22,885 nt of DNA from Myxococcales bacterium (lineage in GTDB: Bacteria > Myxococcota > Myxococcia > Myxococcales > Anaeromyxobacteraceae), in NCBI GenBank assembly GCA_038320275.1, contig JBBQEB010000051.1, forward strand, positions 1 to 22,885, in the 5' to 3' direction. Within the stretch, counting starts at the first letter, position 1, and each line of letters starts with the position of its first letter. The notes beneath the pieces are model-generated. The model did no database searches, was not told the DNA's origin, and worked only from the letters and a program-made list of their open reading frames with translations. Positions 8,867 to 17,416 of this stretch are shown here, one piece after another. A program made the translations under genes and the position numbers.

Positions 8867-10164
8867 GGTGCGCAGGTCCGGAAGCCGGCCCACGGGTCGC
8901 GCCGGTCGGGCGCATAGAAATTCCGCCAGGTGCTCCGGAGCAGACGTCCGCGGGTGACGAAGCAGCCGCCGCGGAGCACCTTGTGCGTGCCGAAGGACGG
9001 CTGCGAGTACTCGGGGTACCGGCCGGGCCGGAAGCCGGGATAGGGGAGGAAGGGGCTGGCGGTCCACTCCCAGACGTTGCCGATCATCTGGCGGCAGCCG
9101 AACGCGCTGTCGCCCGCGGGCAGGGCGGCGACGTCGAAGGTGCGCCAGGAGCGAGCGTCGAGGTGGGCGCGCTCGGGGCCGGGGGACTCGTCTCCCCAGG
9201 GCAGGCGACGCTTGCCCGAGAGTCGCCCGTCCGGGCCGGGCACGCCCACCGCGGCCCCTTCCCATTCTGCCTCGGAGGGGAGGCGGCGCCCCGCCCATTG
9301 GCAGAACGCCTCCGATTCGTACCAGCAGACGTTCACCACCGGGCGATGCGGCTCCAGGGGCACCCACCGCCCGAATTCGCTCCGCTCGAGGCGGCCGCCC
9401 GCGCGGCGCCAGTAGAGGGGACCGTCCGCGCCGGCCAGCCTGCGCCACTGCCAGCCCTCGGCGCTCCAGAGCTCGGGCCGGCGGTAGCCGCCATCCTCGG
9501 CGAACGCCGCGAAAGCCGCCTGGGTCACGGGGGCGCGGGCGATGGCGAACGGCTTCAGCTCCACGAGATGGCCATCCCGCTCGTTGTCGAGCGCATGGCC
9601 GTCGTCGGATGCGCCCAGGAGGAACGAGCCGCCCGGCACCCGCGCGTCGCCGGCCAGGTCTCCCTCGCCCCCTCGCTCCACCGGGCAACCCTCTGCCGCG
9701 AGCCCGTGGCAAGGGTCCGGCGGCGCGCCACCGAGCGCCTGCATCCTCATCGCGAACGCCTCCCCGTGCATGTCCTCGTGATCGATGGCGAGCCGGACCT
9801 GCTGCGAAGAGGCGCGGCCATCGCGGATCGCCACCACGGCGTCGCGCTCCACCGCCGCGAGGTAGTCGAGCGTTTCCCCGAGCGTGGGCAGCGGCAGTGC
9901 CCAGCGTGTCCCGTGTGCCACGGCCGCGGAGTCGTAGAGCGCGTCGCCGTCTGCTCGCCCGCGCAGGCGGGATGGGCTGGAGGCCCCCCCGAGCACGTGG
10001 TGCTCGGCGAACCAGGCGACGTGCCCCAACTCCCACAGCGGCGGATTGAGGGTGGGGGAGCGCGGGCCGAGGAGGTCGCTTTCAGCCAGAGACGAGGCGA
10101 GCGCCAGCGTGTGCCGTCGCGCGTCGCGCGCCCAGCCTTCGAGCTCCTCTCGCGCGGAGCTCAG
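8863..10164 (-). CDS. senA: Selenoneine synthase SenA-like non-heme iron enzyme (DinB_2 + FGE-sulfatase, EgtB superfamily)
   Basis: NPPLWELGHVAWF and HEDMH give a 3-His iron triad (EgtB usually reads WHLAH/HEQQH). RLPSEAEWE, GNVWEW, EYSQP, RNFY..RRD..AGFR. The conserved N-terminus extends 45 codons above the ORF-track TTG to a CTG at 10164. Confidence 0.83.
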   Translation of the reverse strand: MSSAREELEGWARDARRHTLALASSLAESDLLGPRSPTLNPPLWELGHVAWFAEHHVLGGASSPSRLRGRADGDALYDSAAVAHGTRWALPLPTLGETLDYLAAVERDAVVAIRDGRASSQQVRLAIDHEDMHGEAFAMRMQALGGAPPDPCHGLAAEGCPVERGGEGDLAGDARVPGGSFLLGASDDGHALDNERDGHLVELKPFAIARAPVTQAAFAAFAEDGGYRRPELWSAEGWQWRRLAGADGPLYWRRAGGRLERSEFGRWVPLEPHRPVVNVCWYESEAFCQWAGRRLPSEAEWEGAAVGVPGPDGRLSGKRRLPWGDESPGPERAHLDARSWRTFDVAALPAGDSAFGCRQMIGNVWEWTASPFLPYPGFRPGRYPEYSQPSFGTHKVLRGGCFVTRGRLLRSTWRNFYAPDRRDPWAGFRTCAP

Positions 10165-10213
10165 GCGCCCTCCCCAGCGTCCCGTCGCGGACCCTGCGGC
10201 GCCCCGCCCCGGC

Positions 10214-11314
10214 TCACCCCTCGTCCCCGAGCTCGATGCCGAGGTCGCGCGCAGTGGCGATGGTGTCGCTGCCGAGCGGGACCGATTTGCTGCGCGCGAC
10301 GACGTCGACGAGCGGCACCGCCTTCATCTCGGGCGGCAGGTAAGCCACCATGACGTTCCGTTGGCCGGCTGCGGCGAAGCGCACCGCCGCGGCACCGAAG
10401 CGCAGGGCCAGGAGCCGATCGAAGGTGGTGGGCGAGCCGCCGCGCTGGAGGTGGCCCAGCACGAGCGAGCGCGTCTCCTTGCCGGTGTGCTCGGCGATGT
10501 GGCGCGCAACCTGTTCGGCCACCCCCCCGAGCTGCACCTCTGCACGCCCCACCTCGTGGTTGTCGCGGACGGTGAGTGACCCGTCGAGCGCCTTCGCGCC
10601 CTCCGCCACCACCACGATCGCGTACCGCTTGTCGTGCAGGTCGTTCTCCTCGATGCGCCTGCACACCCGCTCCAGGTCGAACGGGATCTCCGGGATGAGG
10701 ATGGCGTCCGCCGAGCCCGCGATGCCGCTGTGCAGCGCGATCCAGCCTGCATAGCGTCCCATCACCTCCACCACGAACACCCGCTCGTGCGCGCGGGCGG
10801 TCGAGTGCAGCTTGTCGATCGCCTCGGTGGCCGTCGCCACGGCCGTGTCGAAGCCGAAGGTGGAGAGGGTCCCCTCGAGATCGTTGTCGATGGTCTTGGG
10901 CACGCCGATGACCGGGATGCCCTTCTGCGACAGGCGGTGCGCGATCTCGAGGCTCCCGTCGCCGCCGACGGCGAAGAGCAGGTCGAGGTGGAGCTTGCGA
11001 AAGTTCGCGACCAGCCGGTCCGACTCGTCGCGGTACGTGACCAGGCCCGCCTCGTCCTGATGCGGGATGTGGAAGGGATCGCCGCGGTTGGTGGTGCCGA
11101 GGATGGTGCCGCCCAGGGACACGATGCCCGCGACGCGCTCGGGGGTCAGCGCAGCGATCCGGGCCGTGTCGAAGAGCCCCGCGTATCCCCGCTGGATGCC
11201 GTACACCTCCCAGCCGAGCCGGTGCGCAGACATGGTGACCGCGTGGAGCACCGCATTGAGGCCGGGCGCGTCGCCTCCGCCGGTATTGATGGCAATCCGC
11301 ATCTTCGTGGCCAT
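10214..11314 (-). CDS. pfkA: 6-phosphofructokinase (PfkA family, group III-like)
   Basis: TGGGDAPGLN, GGTILGT, GGDGS, PKTIDND, EVMGRYAGW, LGHLQRGG. Start is ATG 11314 or 11302. Confidence 0.95.
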   Translation of the reverse strand: MATKMRIAINTGGGDAPGLNAVLHAVTMSAHRLGWEVYGIQRGYAGLFDTARIAALTPERVAGIVSLGGTILGTTNRGDPFHIPHQDEAGLVTYRDESDRLVANFRKLHLDLLFAVGGDGSLEIAHRLSQKGIPVIGVPKTIDNDLEGTLSTFGFDTAVATATEAIDKLHSTARAHERVFVVEVMGRYAGWIALHSGIAGSADAILIPEIPFDLERVCRRIEENDLHDKRYAIVVVAEGAKALDGSLTVRDNHEVGRAEVQLGGVAEQVARHIAEHTGKETRSLVLGHLQRGGSPTTFDRLLALRFGAAAVRFAAAGQRNVMVAYLPPEMKAVPLVDVVARSKSVPLGSDTIATARDLGIELGDEG

Positions 11315-11345
11315 GCGGGATTCTCGCACGGCGCTCGACGCGGCG

Positions 11346-12188
11346 TCAGCCCGTCGCAGCGGATGGATCGGGGGCTCCCCCCCGGGGCGATATCACGGCC
11401 TCGCGCGCCTCCATGAATGCGCGGAGCTCGCCGAAGCGCCGCAGGGCTCTTCCGGGCAGCCCCGCGGGCGGATGCGCCGGGGAGGGGAGCGCGAGCAGGG
11501 GAATGCCGGCGCCCTCCGCCGCCTCCGCCAGGCGCCGGGCGCCCTCCGCCGGGGCATCACCCGGCGCGCAGAGAGCCGCAGCAAAGACGATCGCTCCCCG
11601 CTTGCCCACCGCGGCGCACAGCGCCTCCTCCAGCTCCTCACCAGCGGCAGCCCAGATCGGGCGCCAGCCTCGCTCCCGCATGCAGAGCTCGGCGAAGGAG
11701 AGCGCGAGCAAGGGGGCGGCGGGGCCGAGCGCGACGAGGTACGCCGCGGGCGCGGTGGCGCGCGGAGGATAGGCCTCGCAGCAGCGGGAGAGCGCCCGGA
11801 CCAGCCGCCGCGCGGTCACCGCTGCGCCTGCCTCCCGCGCCGTGGCTCCGACCTCCACCTCGGCCAGCACCGGCCCGAGCCCGTCGGCCACGGCCGACCA
11901 GCATCCCACCCGCTCGTGCTCGGCGAGGAGCGCCGCCGCGAGCGCGGCATCCGGGTGATCGAGCCGCGACCGCACCCAGCCTTCCAGTGGACCGGCGCTG
12001 GCGTCGCGCGCCCGTACCTCTTCCAGCTCGCCGCGTCCGAACCGGCGGTGGCCTCCCGCGGTGCGGCGGCAGCGGACCATTCCCGCGTCCGCCCACCGCT
12101 TCAGGGTGGCCGCGGCCACTCCGAGGAGCTCGGCCGCCTCGGCCGTGCACAGCACGTCACCTTCATCGCAGGTCGCAGCGTCGCCCAT
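11346..12188 (-). CDS. MerR/excisionase-type HTH regulator with degenerate cobalamin-binding-like C-terminal region
   Basis: TAEAAELLGVAAATLKRWADAG...RTAGGHRRF at the N-terminus. The C-terminus (LALSFAELCMRERGW.PIW) resembles CarH-type Rossmann B12 domains but lacks the His motifs. Confidence 0.7.
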   Translation of the reverse strand: MGDAATCDEGDVLCTAEAAELLGVAAATLKRWADAGMVRCRRTAGGHRRFGRGELEEVRARDASAGPLEGWVRSRLDHPDAALAAALLAEHERVGCWSAVADGLGPVLAEVEVGATAREAGAAVTARRLVRALSRCCEAYPPRATAPAAYLVALGPAAPLLALSFAELCMRERGWRPIWAAAGEELEEALCAAVGKRGAIVFAAALCAPGDAPAEGARRLAEAAEGAGIPLLALPSPAHPPAGLPGRALRRFGELRAFMEAREAVISPRGGAPDPSAATG

Positions 12189-12268
12189 GCAGGAAGGTAC
12201 GTACGCACGGTCGAAGTGGATGGGTTACGGAAAGGGCTTGTGCCCAGGAGCGCTCGCTCGGCAGGAGG

Positions 12269-12450
12269 CTCGTGTCTCGACCCAGGCATGGTGACGTGAC
12301 GAGAGCGTCGAGACCGAAGCGAGCTGGCGCCCGAGGAGCGAGCAGCGGAGTCGTAGCAGCGCTACGGCGAGCAGCGGAGCGACGAGGCCGCCTGCCGCAG
12401 CGAGAGGATCGGCGCTCGCAGTAGGCGCTATGCCTGGGTCGCGGCGCTAG
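12269..12450. mobile_element. MITE-like / long palindromic intergenic element (182 bp)
   Basis: Terminal inverted repeats with a perfect 12-bp core, CGACCCAGGCAT (12278-12289) and ATGCCTGGGTCG (12430-12441), extendable imperfectly to CTCG.../...CTAG. Central hairpin GTCGTAGC-AGC-GCTACGGC (12350-12368). No coding capacity evident. Confidence 0.65.
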
Positions 12451-12509
12451 GTGACGGGCGGGTCGAGATCGCAGGTCGCCGGTCGCGGTCGCGCCTGGAA
12501 GGCCCCGCC

Positions 12510-13463
12510 TCAGCGCCGAGCCGTTCCCAGCGGCTCCTTCGCCGTATCGCCCGACCGGATGGTCTTCATGGCGAGCGCGATCATGGAACCGACGTCCGAG
12601 AGCGTGGCCGGGAGCACGAGCGTGGTGGAGGCCTTGGCGATGTTCCCGAGCTCGCGCACGTACTGTTCCGCCACGCGGAGCTGGACCGCCTCCATGCCGC
12701 CCGGGGCGGTCAGCGCCCCAGCCACCTTGGTGATCCCCTCCGCCGTCGCCTGGGCCACCGCCAGGATCGCGTTGGCCTGCCCCTCGGCCTCGTTGATCTG
12801 CTGCTGGCGCTTCGCCTCCGACTCCTTGATGACCTGCTGCTTGCGGCCCTCGGCGCTGTTGATGGCGGCGTCGCGCTCGCCCTCGGAGGTGAGGATCACC
12901 GCGCGCTTCTCGCGCTCGGCGCGCATCTGCTTCTCCATCGCCGCGAGCACGTCCTTGGGCGGGGTGATGTTCTTGATCTCGTAGCGGAGCACCTTGATGC
13001 CCCAGGGGCCGGTCGCCTTGTCGAGCTCGGTCACCACCATCGAGTTGATGTGGGTGCGCTCCTCGAAGGTGCGGTCGAGGTCGATCTTGCCGATCTCGCT
13101 GCGCAGCGCCGTCTGCGCGAGCTGCGTGATGGCGAAGCGGTAGTCCGAGATGCCATAGGACGCGCGCTGCGGGTCGAGCACCTTGAGGTACAGGATCCCG
13201 TCCACCGCCACCTGCACGTTGTCGCGGGTGATGCAGACCTGCTCCGGGATCTCGAAGGACTGCTCCTTGAGCGTGTGCCGGTAGCGGACCACGTCCATGA
13301 AGGGCATGAGGACGTGGAAGCCGGCCTCGAGTACGCCCGAGAAGCGCCCCAGCCGCTCCACCACGAACGCGCTCTGCTGCGGGACGACCACCGCCGTCTT
13401 CGCGACCACGAAGACGAAGAAGGCCGCGATGAGAATTCCGAGCAGCAACGCGACGTTACCCAT
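12510..13463 (-). CDS. SPFH/band-7 stomatin-like protein (QmcA/paraslipin type)
   Basis: N-terminal TM, VVERLGRF, QVCITRDNV.V.VDG, LRSEIGK, MEKQMRAER.KRA. Confidence 0.95.
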   Translation of the reverse strand: MGNVALLLGILIAAFFVFVVAKTAVVVPQQSAFVVERLGRFSGVLEAGFHVLMPFMDVVRYRHTLKEQSFEIPEQVCITRDNVQVAVDGILYLKVLDPQRASYGISDYRFAITQLAQTALRSEIGKIDLDRTFEERTHINSMVVTELDKATGPWGIKVLRYEIKNITPPKDVLAAMEKQMRAEREKRAVILTSEGERDAAINSAEGRKQQVIKESEAKRQQQINEAEGQANAILAVAQATAEGITKVAGALTAPGGMEAVQLRVAEQYVRELGNIAKASTTLVLPATLSDVGSMIALAMKTIRSGDTAKEPLGTARR

Positions 13464-13905
13464 GGTGAACCTCCCCCGGCGTTTCCGGCCGGATCCAGAT
13501 CATGAGCCCTTCCACCCGCTCCACCAGGCAGCGCTGCCCCCTGGAGAGCGGCAGGGGGGTGCCGTTGCGGGCGTCCCAGAGGGTGCCCCGCAGCTCCGCC
13601 TTGCCCGTGCCACCTGCCGCGAGGTCCTCCATCGGCACCGCGCCCTCGCCCACCAGCGTATCCATGGGGCGGCGGGGGGGAGAGAGCCGCGCCCGCAACC
13701 GGCGCCGCAGGAGCGCCAGCGCGAGGAGCGAGAGAACCGAGAAGATGAGCCACTGCACGGAGGGAGGGCCCGCGGCGCCCGCCCAGGTGAGCGCTCCCAC
13801 CACGATGGCGCCCGCGCCGAAGAAGAGCGCGAAGAGGCCGCCCGGGACGAGGATCTCGACCACCAGCAGCCCGAGCCCGAAGACGATCCACTGCCAGTAC
13901 TCCAT
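13456..13905 (-). CDS. NfeD-like (YbbJ-type) membrane protein, stomatin operon partner
   Basis: W..FGLGLLVVEIL.PG, hydrophobic N-half, C-terminal OB-like G.AELRGTLWDA...VERVEG. Overlaps the SPFH gene by 8 nt. Confidence 0.92.
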   Translation of the reverse strand: MEYWQWIVFGLGLLVVEILVPGGLFALFFGAGAIVVGALTWAGAAGPPSVQWLIFSVLSLLALALLRRRLRARLSPPRRPMDTLVGEGAVPMEDLAAGGTGKAELRGTLWDARNGTPLPLSRGQRCLVERVEGLMIWIRPETPGEVHHG

Positions 13906-13913
13906 GCCGCGCC

Positions 13914-13935
13914 CCTCCGGCGGGCGACACTACCA
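13914..13935 (-). promoter_or_regulatory. Putative extended -10 (TGGTAGTGT) and SD (GGAGG) for nfeD-SPFH
   Basis: TGn-TAnnnT at 13935-13927 and GGAGG at 13918-13914, ahead of ATG 13905. Confidence 0.45.
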
Positions 13936-14148
13936 CCGCGCCGTCCCCCGCGGGCGGACGGGGCGTCCGGAGTCCCCTCGCCGCGGCCGGGGCGCCCCGA
14001 CGAGGCGGCGTCGCAACCGGTTGGCGGCGCCCTCGACCCCGACGCCGATCGAGCCCTCCACCCTGGCCACGTCGAAGAGGCGAAGACCGCGAGGAGGCCG
14101 CCGAGCGCGGCCGCCTCCCGGCTCCGCCGGCCGAAGCTGCGCCGTCGA

Positions 14149-16290
14149 TCAGGCCCGCGCGAATGGGGGCACTGGCTCCGGCTGACGCGTCGCCGAGCGC
14201 GCGGGCGCGTGCGGCGCGCCCGGGCGTTGCCCCGCCCGCGGGAGCTCCGCGGCGGTGGCCAGCCTGAAGGCGCCCACCAGCTCCGCGAGCTCCTCCGACT
14301 GCGACGACAGCTCCTGCGCCGCCGCGGAGGACTGCTCGGAGCTCGCCGCGTTGCGCTGCGTGACCCCGTCCACGTCCGCGACGGCGCTCGTGACCTGCGC
14401 GATCCCCTGGGCCTGCTCCCGCGACGAGGCGGCGATCTCGGCGACGAGGTCGGAGACCTTGCCGATCTCGCCCACGATCTCGCCCAGCTTGCCGTCCACC
14501 GCGCTCGCCGTCGCGTCGCCCGCGTCCGCCTGGCGCAGCGACTCGCGGATGAGGCTGTCGGTCTTGTTGGCGGCCCCCTTGCTGCGGAGCGCGAGCGAGC
14601 GCACCTCCTCCGCCACCACCGCGAAGCCGCGGCCCGCTTCCCCCGCCCGAGCGGCCTCGACGGCCGCGTTGAGGGCGAGGAGGTTCGTCTGGAAGGCGAT
14701 CTCGTTCACCTCCTTGATGATCTGCGAGGTGCCCTCGGCCGCCGCCCGGATGCTGCTCATCGCCTCCCGCATGCCCTGCATCGCGGCGGCCCCGTCGCTG
14801 GCCGTGAAGCGCGCGTTCTGCGCAAGCGCGTTCGCCTGCTGCGCGTTGTCCGAGGTGCGCTGCGCGAGGGAGGTCATGGTGGCGAGGCTGGCGGAGGTCT
14901 CCTCGAGCGCGCTCGCCTGCTGCGACGCGCCGGCCGACACCTCCCCGCTGGAGGAGGCGATCTCGCCGGCCGCCTGCGACACCTGCCGGGTGGTGCTCGC
15001 GACCTGCGCCAGCGTGGCGGCGAGGGCCTCCGCGGTCGTGTTCACCGCGCCGGTCATGCGGGCGTATTCGCCCGCATAGACGCCGTCCACGCGCGCGGTG
15101 AGATCGCGCGCGGCCAGCCGATCGAGCACGCCCATGGCCTCGGAGAGAGGGGCGCCGATGGCGTCCAGGATGGCGTTCAGCCCCGCGACCAGCTCGGCAT
15201 CGGAGCCGAGGTACAGGGCGGCGTCCGCGCGGGCGTCGAGCCGCCCCTCCCGCGCGGCCGCCAGCAGGAGCTTCACGTCCCCGTTGCGGCGCGCGGTGGT
15301 GGCGATGAGGGCGTTCCAGTTCGACTTCACCTCCTCGAGCTCGCCGCGCCAGGCCGCCTCCACGGGGGGCGGCAGCTCTCCCTTCGCGACCAGCCCGAGA
15401 TAGCGGGAGCTCGTGCGCAGCGGGTCCACCAGCGCGTCGATGGTTGCGTTCATGCCGTGGATCACCGGCCGGAACTCTCCCGGGACGGCCTTCTCGTCGC
15501 CGCGCAGGCCGAGCTGGCCCGCCGAGGCCGCCTCGGTGAGCTTCGACGCTTCGCCCACCAGGGCGTGGATGGCGTTCTCCACCGAACGCGCCAGGAGCAC
15601 GCCCAGCCCGACCAGCAGGAGCGCGCCCAGCGCGAGCACGGCGCCCTCGATGACGATCTGGCGACGCTGGGCCGCTCCTCCTGCTGCCTGCGACGCAGCC
15701 GCCTCGGCACGCAGCGCCTCCTGCAGCTTGGTGACCTGGGCGTCGAGGGGATCGGCGAGCTGGTGGAGCGACCGCCACGCGTCCCAGACGGCGGCCTCGG
15801 CCGTCCGCGTTGCCGGTCCGTCGCGGGAGCCGAGCCGTTCGCGCTCGGCGAGCAGACCGCGCAGCGCGCGGGCCTGCTTCACCCAGCCCTGGAGCGACTG
15901 CCGCGGCTCGGGCCACAGCTGCTGGGCGGAGGAGGTGAGTGGCAGCCGGTCCACCGCCGCGATGCCCGCCTCGACGCGGGCGAGGGCGGCCTCGCTTCCC
16001 TGGCTGAAGACGGTGTCGTCCCCGTGGCAGCCCCGGCAGTCCTCGCGGTGAAGCACGCCCTCGGTCACCCGTGAGAGCGCGAGGTTGCTGATGCACTTCG
16101 TCGCGGCCCGGAAGCCGCTCTCGACGTCGGCGAGGGCGCGATACACCGGGAACTGCGATCCGGAGACGCTGTCGAGCTCCGACGCGATTCGACGCGATGC
16201 GACGTAGGAGGCCACTCCCACCACCATTGCGATCGCCAGCGCCACGGCGAATCCTGCCAGGATCTTGGTCCGCGTCTTCGCGTCGCGCAT
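14149..16290 (-). CDS. Methyl-accepting chemotaxis protein with periplasmic CxxCH motif and tandem HAMP-like segments
   Basis: Two TM helices; signalling hairpin [42 protein letters not shown] lies between the TMs. Confidence 0.95.
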   Translation of the reverse strand: MRDAKTRTKILAGFAVALAIAMVVGVASYVASRRIASELDSVSGSQFPVYRALADVESGFRAATKCISNLALSRVTEGVLHREDCRGCHGDDTVFSQGSEAALARVEAGIAAVDRLPLTSSAQQLWPEPRQSLQGWVKQARALRGLLAERERLGSRDGPATRTAEAAVWDAWRSLHQLADPLDAQVTKLQEALRAEAAASQAAGGAAQRRQIVIEGAVLALGALLLVGLGVLLARSVENAIHALVGEASKLTEAASAGQLGLRGDEKAVPGEFRPVIHGMNATIDALVDPLRTSSRYLGLVAKGELPPPVEAAWRGELEEVKSNWNALIATTARRNGDVKLLLAAAREGRLDARADAALYLGSDAELVAGLNAILDAIGAPLSEAMGVLDRLAARDLTARVDGVYAGEYARMTGAVNTTAEALAATLAQVASTTRQVSQAAGEIASSSGEVSAGASQQASALEETSASLATMTSLAQRTSDNAQQANALAQNARFTASDGAAAMQGMREAMSSIRAAAEGTSQIIKEVNEIAFQTNLLALNAAVEAARAGEAGRGFAVVAEEVRSLALRSKGAANKTDSLIRESLRQADAGDATASAVDGKLGEIVGEIGKVSDLVAEIAASSREQAQGIAQVTSAVADVDGVTQRNAASSEQSSAAAQELSSQSEELAELVGAFRLATAAELPRAGQRPGAPHAPARSATRQPEPVPPFARA

Positions 16291-16518
16291 GCACCCACCT
16301 CGTCGCCTGGGCGGACTGCCCCGGTCGCGGTCGCGCGAAATGCATGGGTCGAGCCGCGCCCGTTAGATCGAGTGAATGGCTCCCGACCCCACTTCACGCG
16401 GACGCCAGGGCGCGGCCGAGCTCGACGACACGGGGCAACGTCGACCCCGGGTGAGCGCTGCCGGGTCGAGTCGGGCCCGAGGCGTGCGTCACGGTGGTCG
16501 AAGGTGGGAGCTTCCGCG

Positions 16519-17376
16519 ATGAGCCTCGACGCGCTCCTCTCCGATGCGCCGCCGCACCCGCGCCGGGTGGTGTGCCTCACCGAGGAGACGACCGAAACTC
16601 TCTACCGGATCGGCGCGGGCGACCTCGTCGTGGGGGTGTCGGGCTTCACCTACCGTCCACCGGAAGCGCGCCACAAGCCTCGCGTGAGCCTCTTCCTCGA
16701 GGCGGACGGCGAGGCCATCGTCGCCCTCCGCCCCGACCTCGTGGTGGGCTTCTCCGATCTGCAGGCAGACATCGCGCGTGACCTCGTCCAGCGCGGCGTG
16801 CCGGTCCTCGTCACGAACCAGCGCTCGGTGGCCGAGATCCTCCAGGTGGTCCGGCTGGTGACGGCCATGGTGGGACGAGGCGAGGAGGGCGGCCGCCTCG
16901 CCGACGAGCTCACCCAGGGCCTCCACCGCGCCGAGGCCGCCGCCGCCGAGCTGCCGCGCAGGCCGCGCGCCTTCTTCGAGGAGTGGCCCGACCCGCTCAT
17001 CTCCGGCATCCGCTGGGTCTCGGAGCTCCTGGAGATCGCCGGCGCCGACGACGTCTGTGCCGAGTCGCGCGCCTCGCACGCCGCCAAGGGCCGCATCTTC
17101 GACCCGGCCGAGGTGGCGCGGCGAGACCCCGAGCTGGTGGTGGCGAGCTGTAGCGGCAAGAAGGCGAAGCGCGAATCCATCCGGGGGCGGCCCGGCTGGC
17201 AAGGGGTGCGGGCGGTGCTCGACGACCAGCTCTACGAGGTGAAGAGCACCCTCATCCTGCAGCCCGGCCCGGCCGCGCTCACCGATGGCCTGGCGGCGCT
17301 CTCGCGCATCGTCGCCGCGACGGCCCGAGGCGAGCGGCTCCCGCCGAGACGGGAGGGCGATCTCAGGGTGGCTTGA
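16519..17376 (+). CDS. BtuF/TroA-like helical-backbone (cobalamin/siderophore-type) binding protein without signal peptide
   Basis: PRRVVCLTEETTETLY.IG...VVGVSGF, LRPDLVVGFSDLQ, FEEWPDPLISGIRWVSEL, ILQPGPAAL. GGGAG precedes ATG 16519. Confidence 0.85.
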   Translation: MSLDALLSDAPPHPRRVVCLTEETTETLYRIGAGDLVVGVSGFTYRPPEARHKPRVSLFLEADGEAIVALRPDLVVGFSDLQADIARDLVQRGVPVLVTNQRSVAEILQVVRLVTAMVGRGEEGGRLADELTQGLHRAEAAAAELPRRPRAFFEEWPDPLISGIRWVSELLEIAGADDVCAESRASHAAKGRIFDPAEVARRDPELVVASCSGKKAKRESIRGRPGWQGVRAVLDDQLYEVKSTLILQPGPAALTDGLAALSRIVAATARGERLPPRREGDLRVA

Positions 17377-17416
17377 AGGGCGGTGCGGGCGCCCCTCGCC
17401 AGGGGGAATCCCAGCG

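Noticed and set aside
7910..10036. 708-aa ORF as a single fused protein
   Set aside because: Only the part from TTG 8866 is SenB-like; the upstream part is an off-frame shadow of senA.
7910..10164. Selenocysteine (UGA) codons in the selenium-related genes
   Set aside because: No in-frame TGA within senA or senB, and their terminal stops fall at family-typical ends.
10214..11314. PPi-dependent PFK assignment
   Set aside because: It has PKTIDND but GGDG rather than GGDD; this combination is generally ATP-type, and specificity cannot be settled from motifs.
13031..16345. Very long alternative-frame ORFs (1104 aa, 925 aa and similar ones elsewhere)
   Set aside because: Arg/Gly/Pro-rich shadow frames expected at this GC content, overlapping well-supported genes.
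16291..16518. Cobalamin riboswitch upstream of the BtuF-like gene
   Set aside because: Only an imperfect hairpin (16441-16469); no B12-box or other conserved core recognised.
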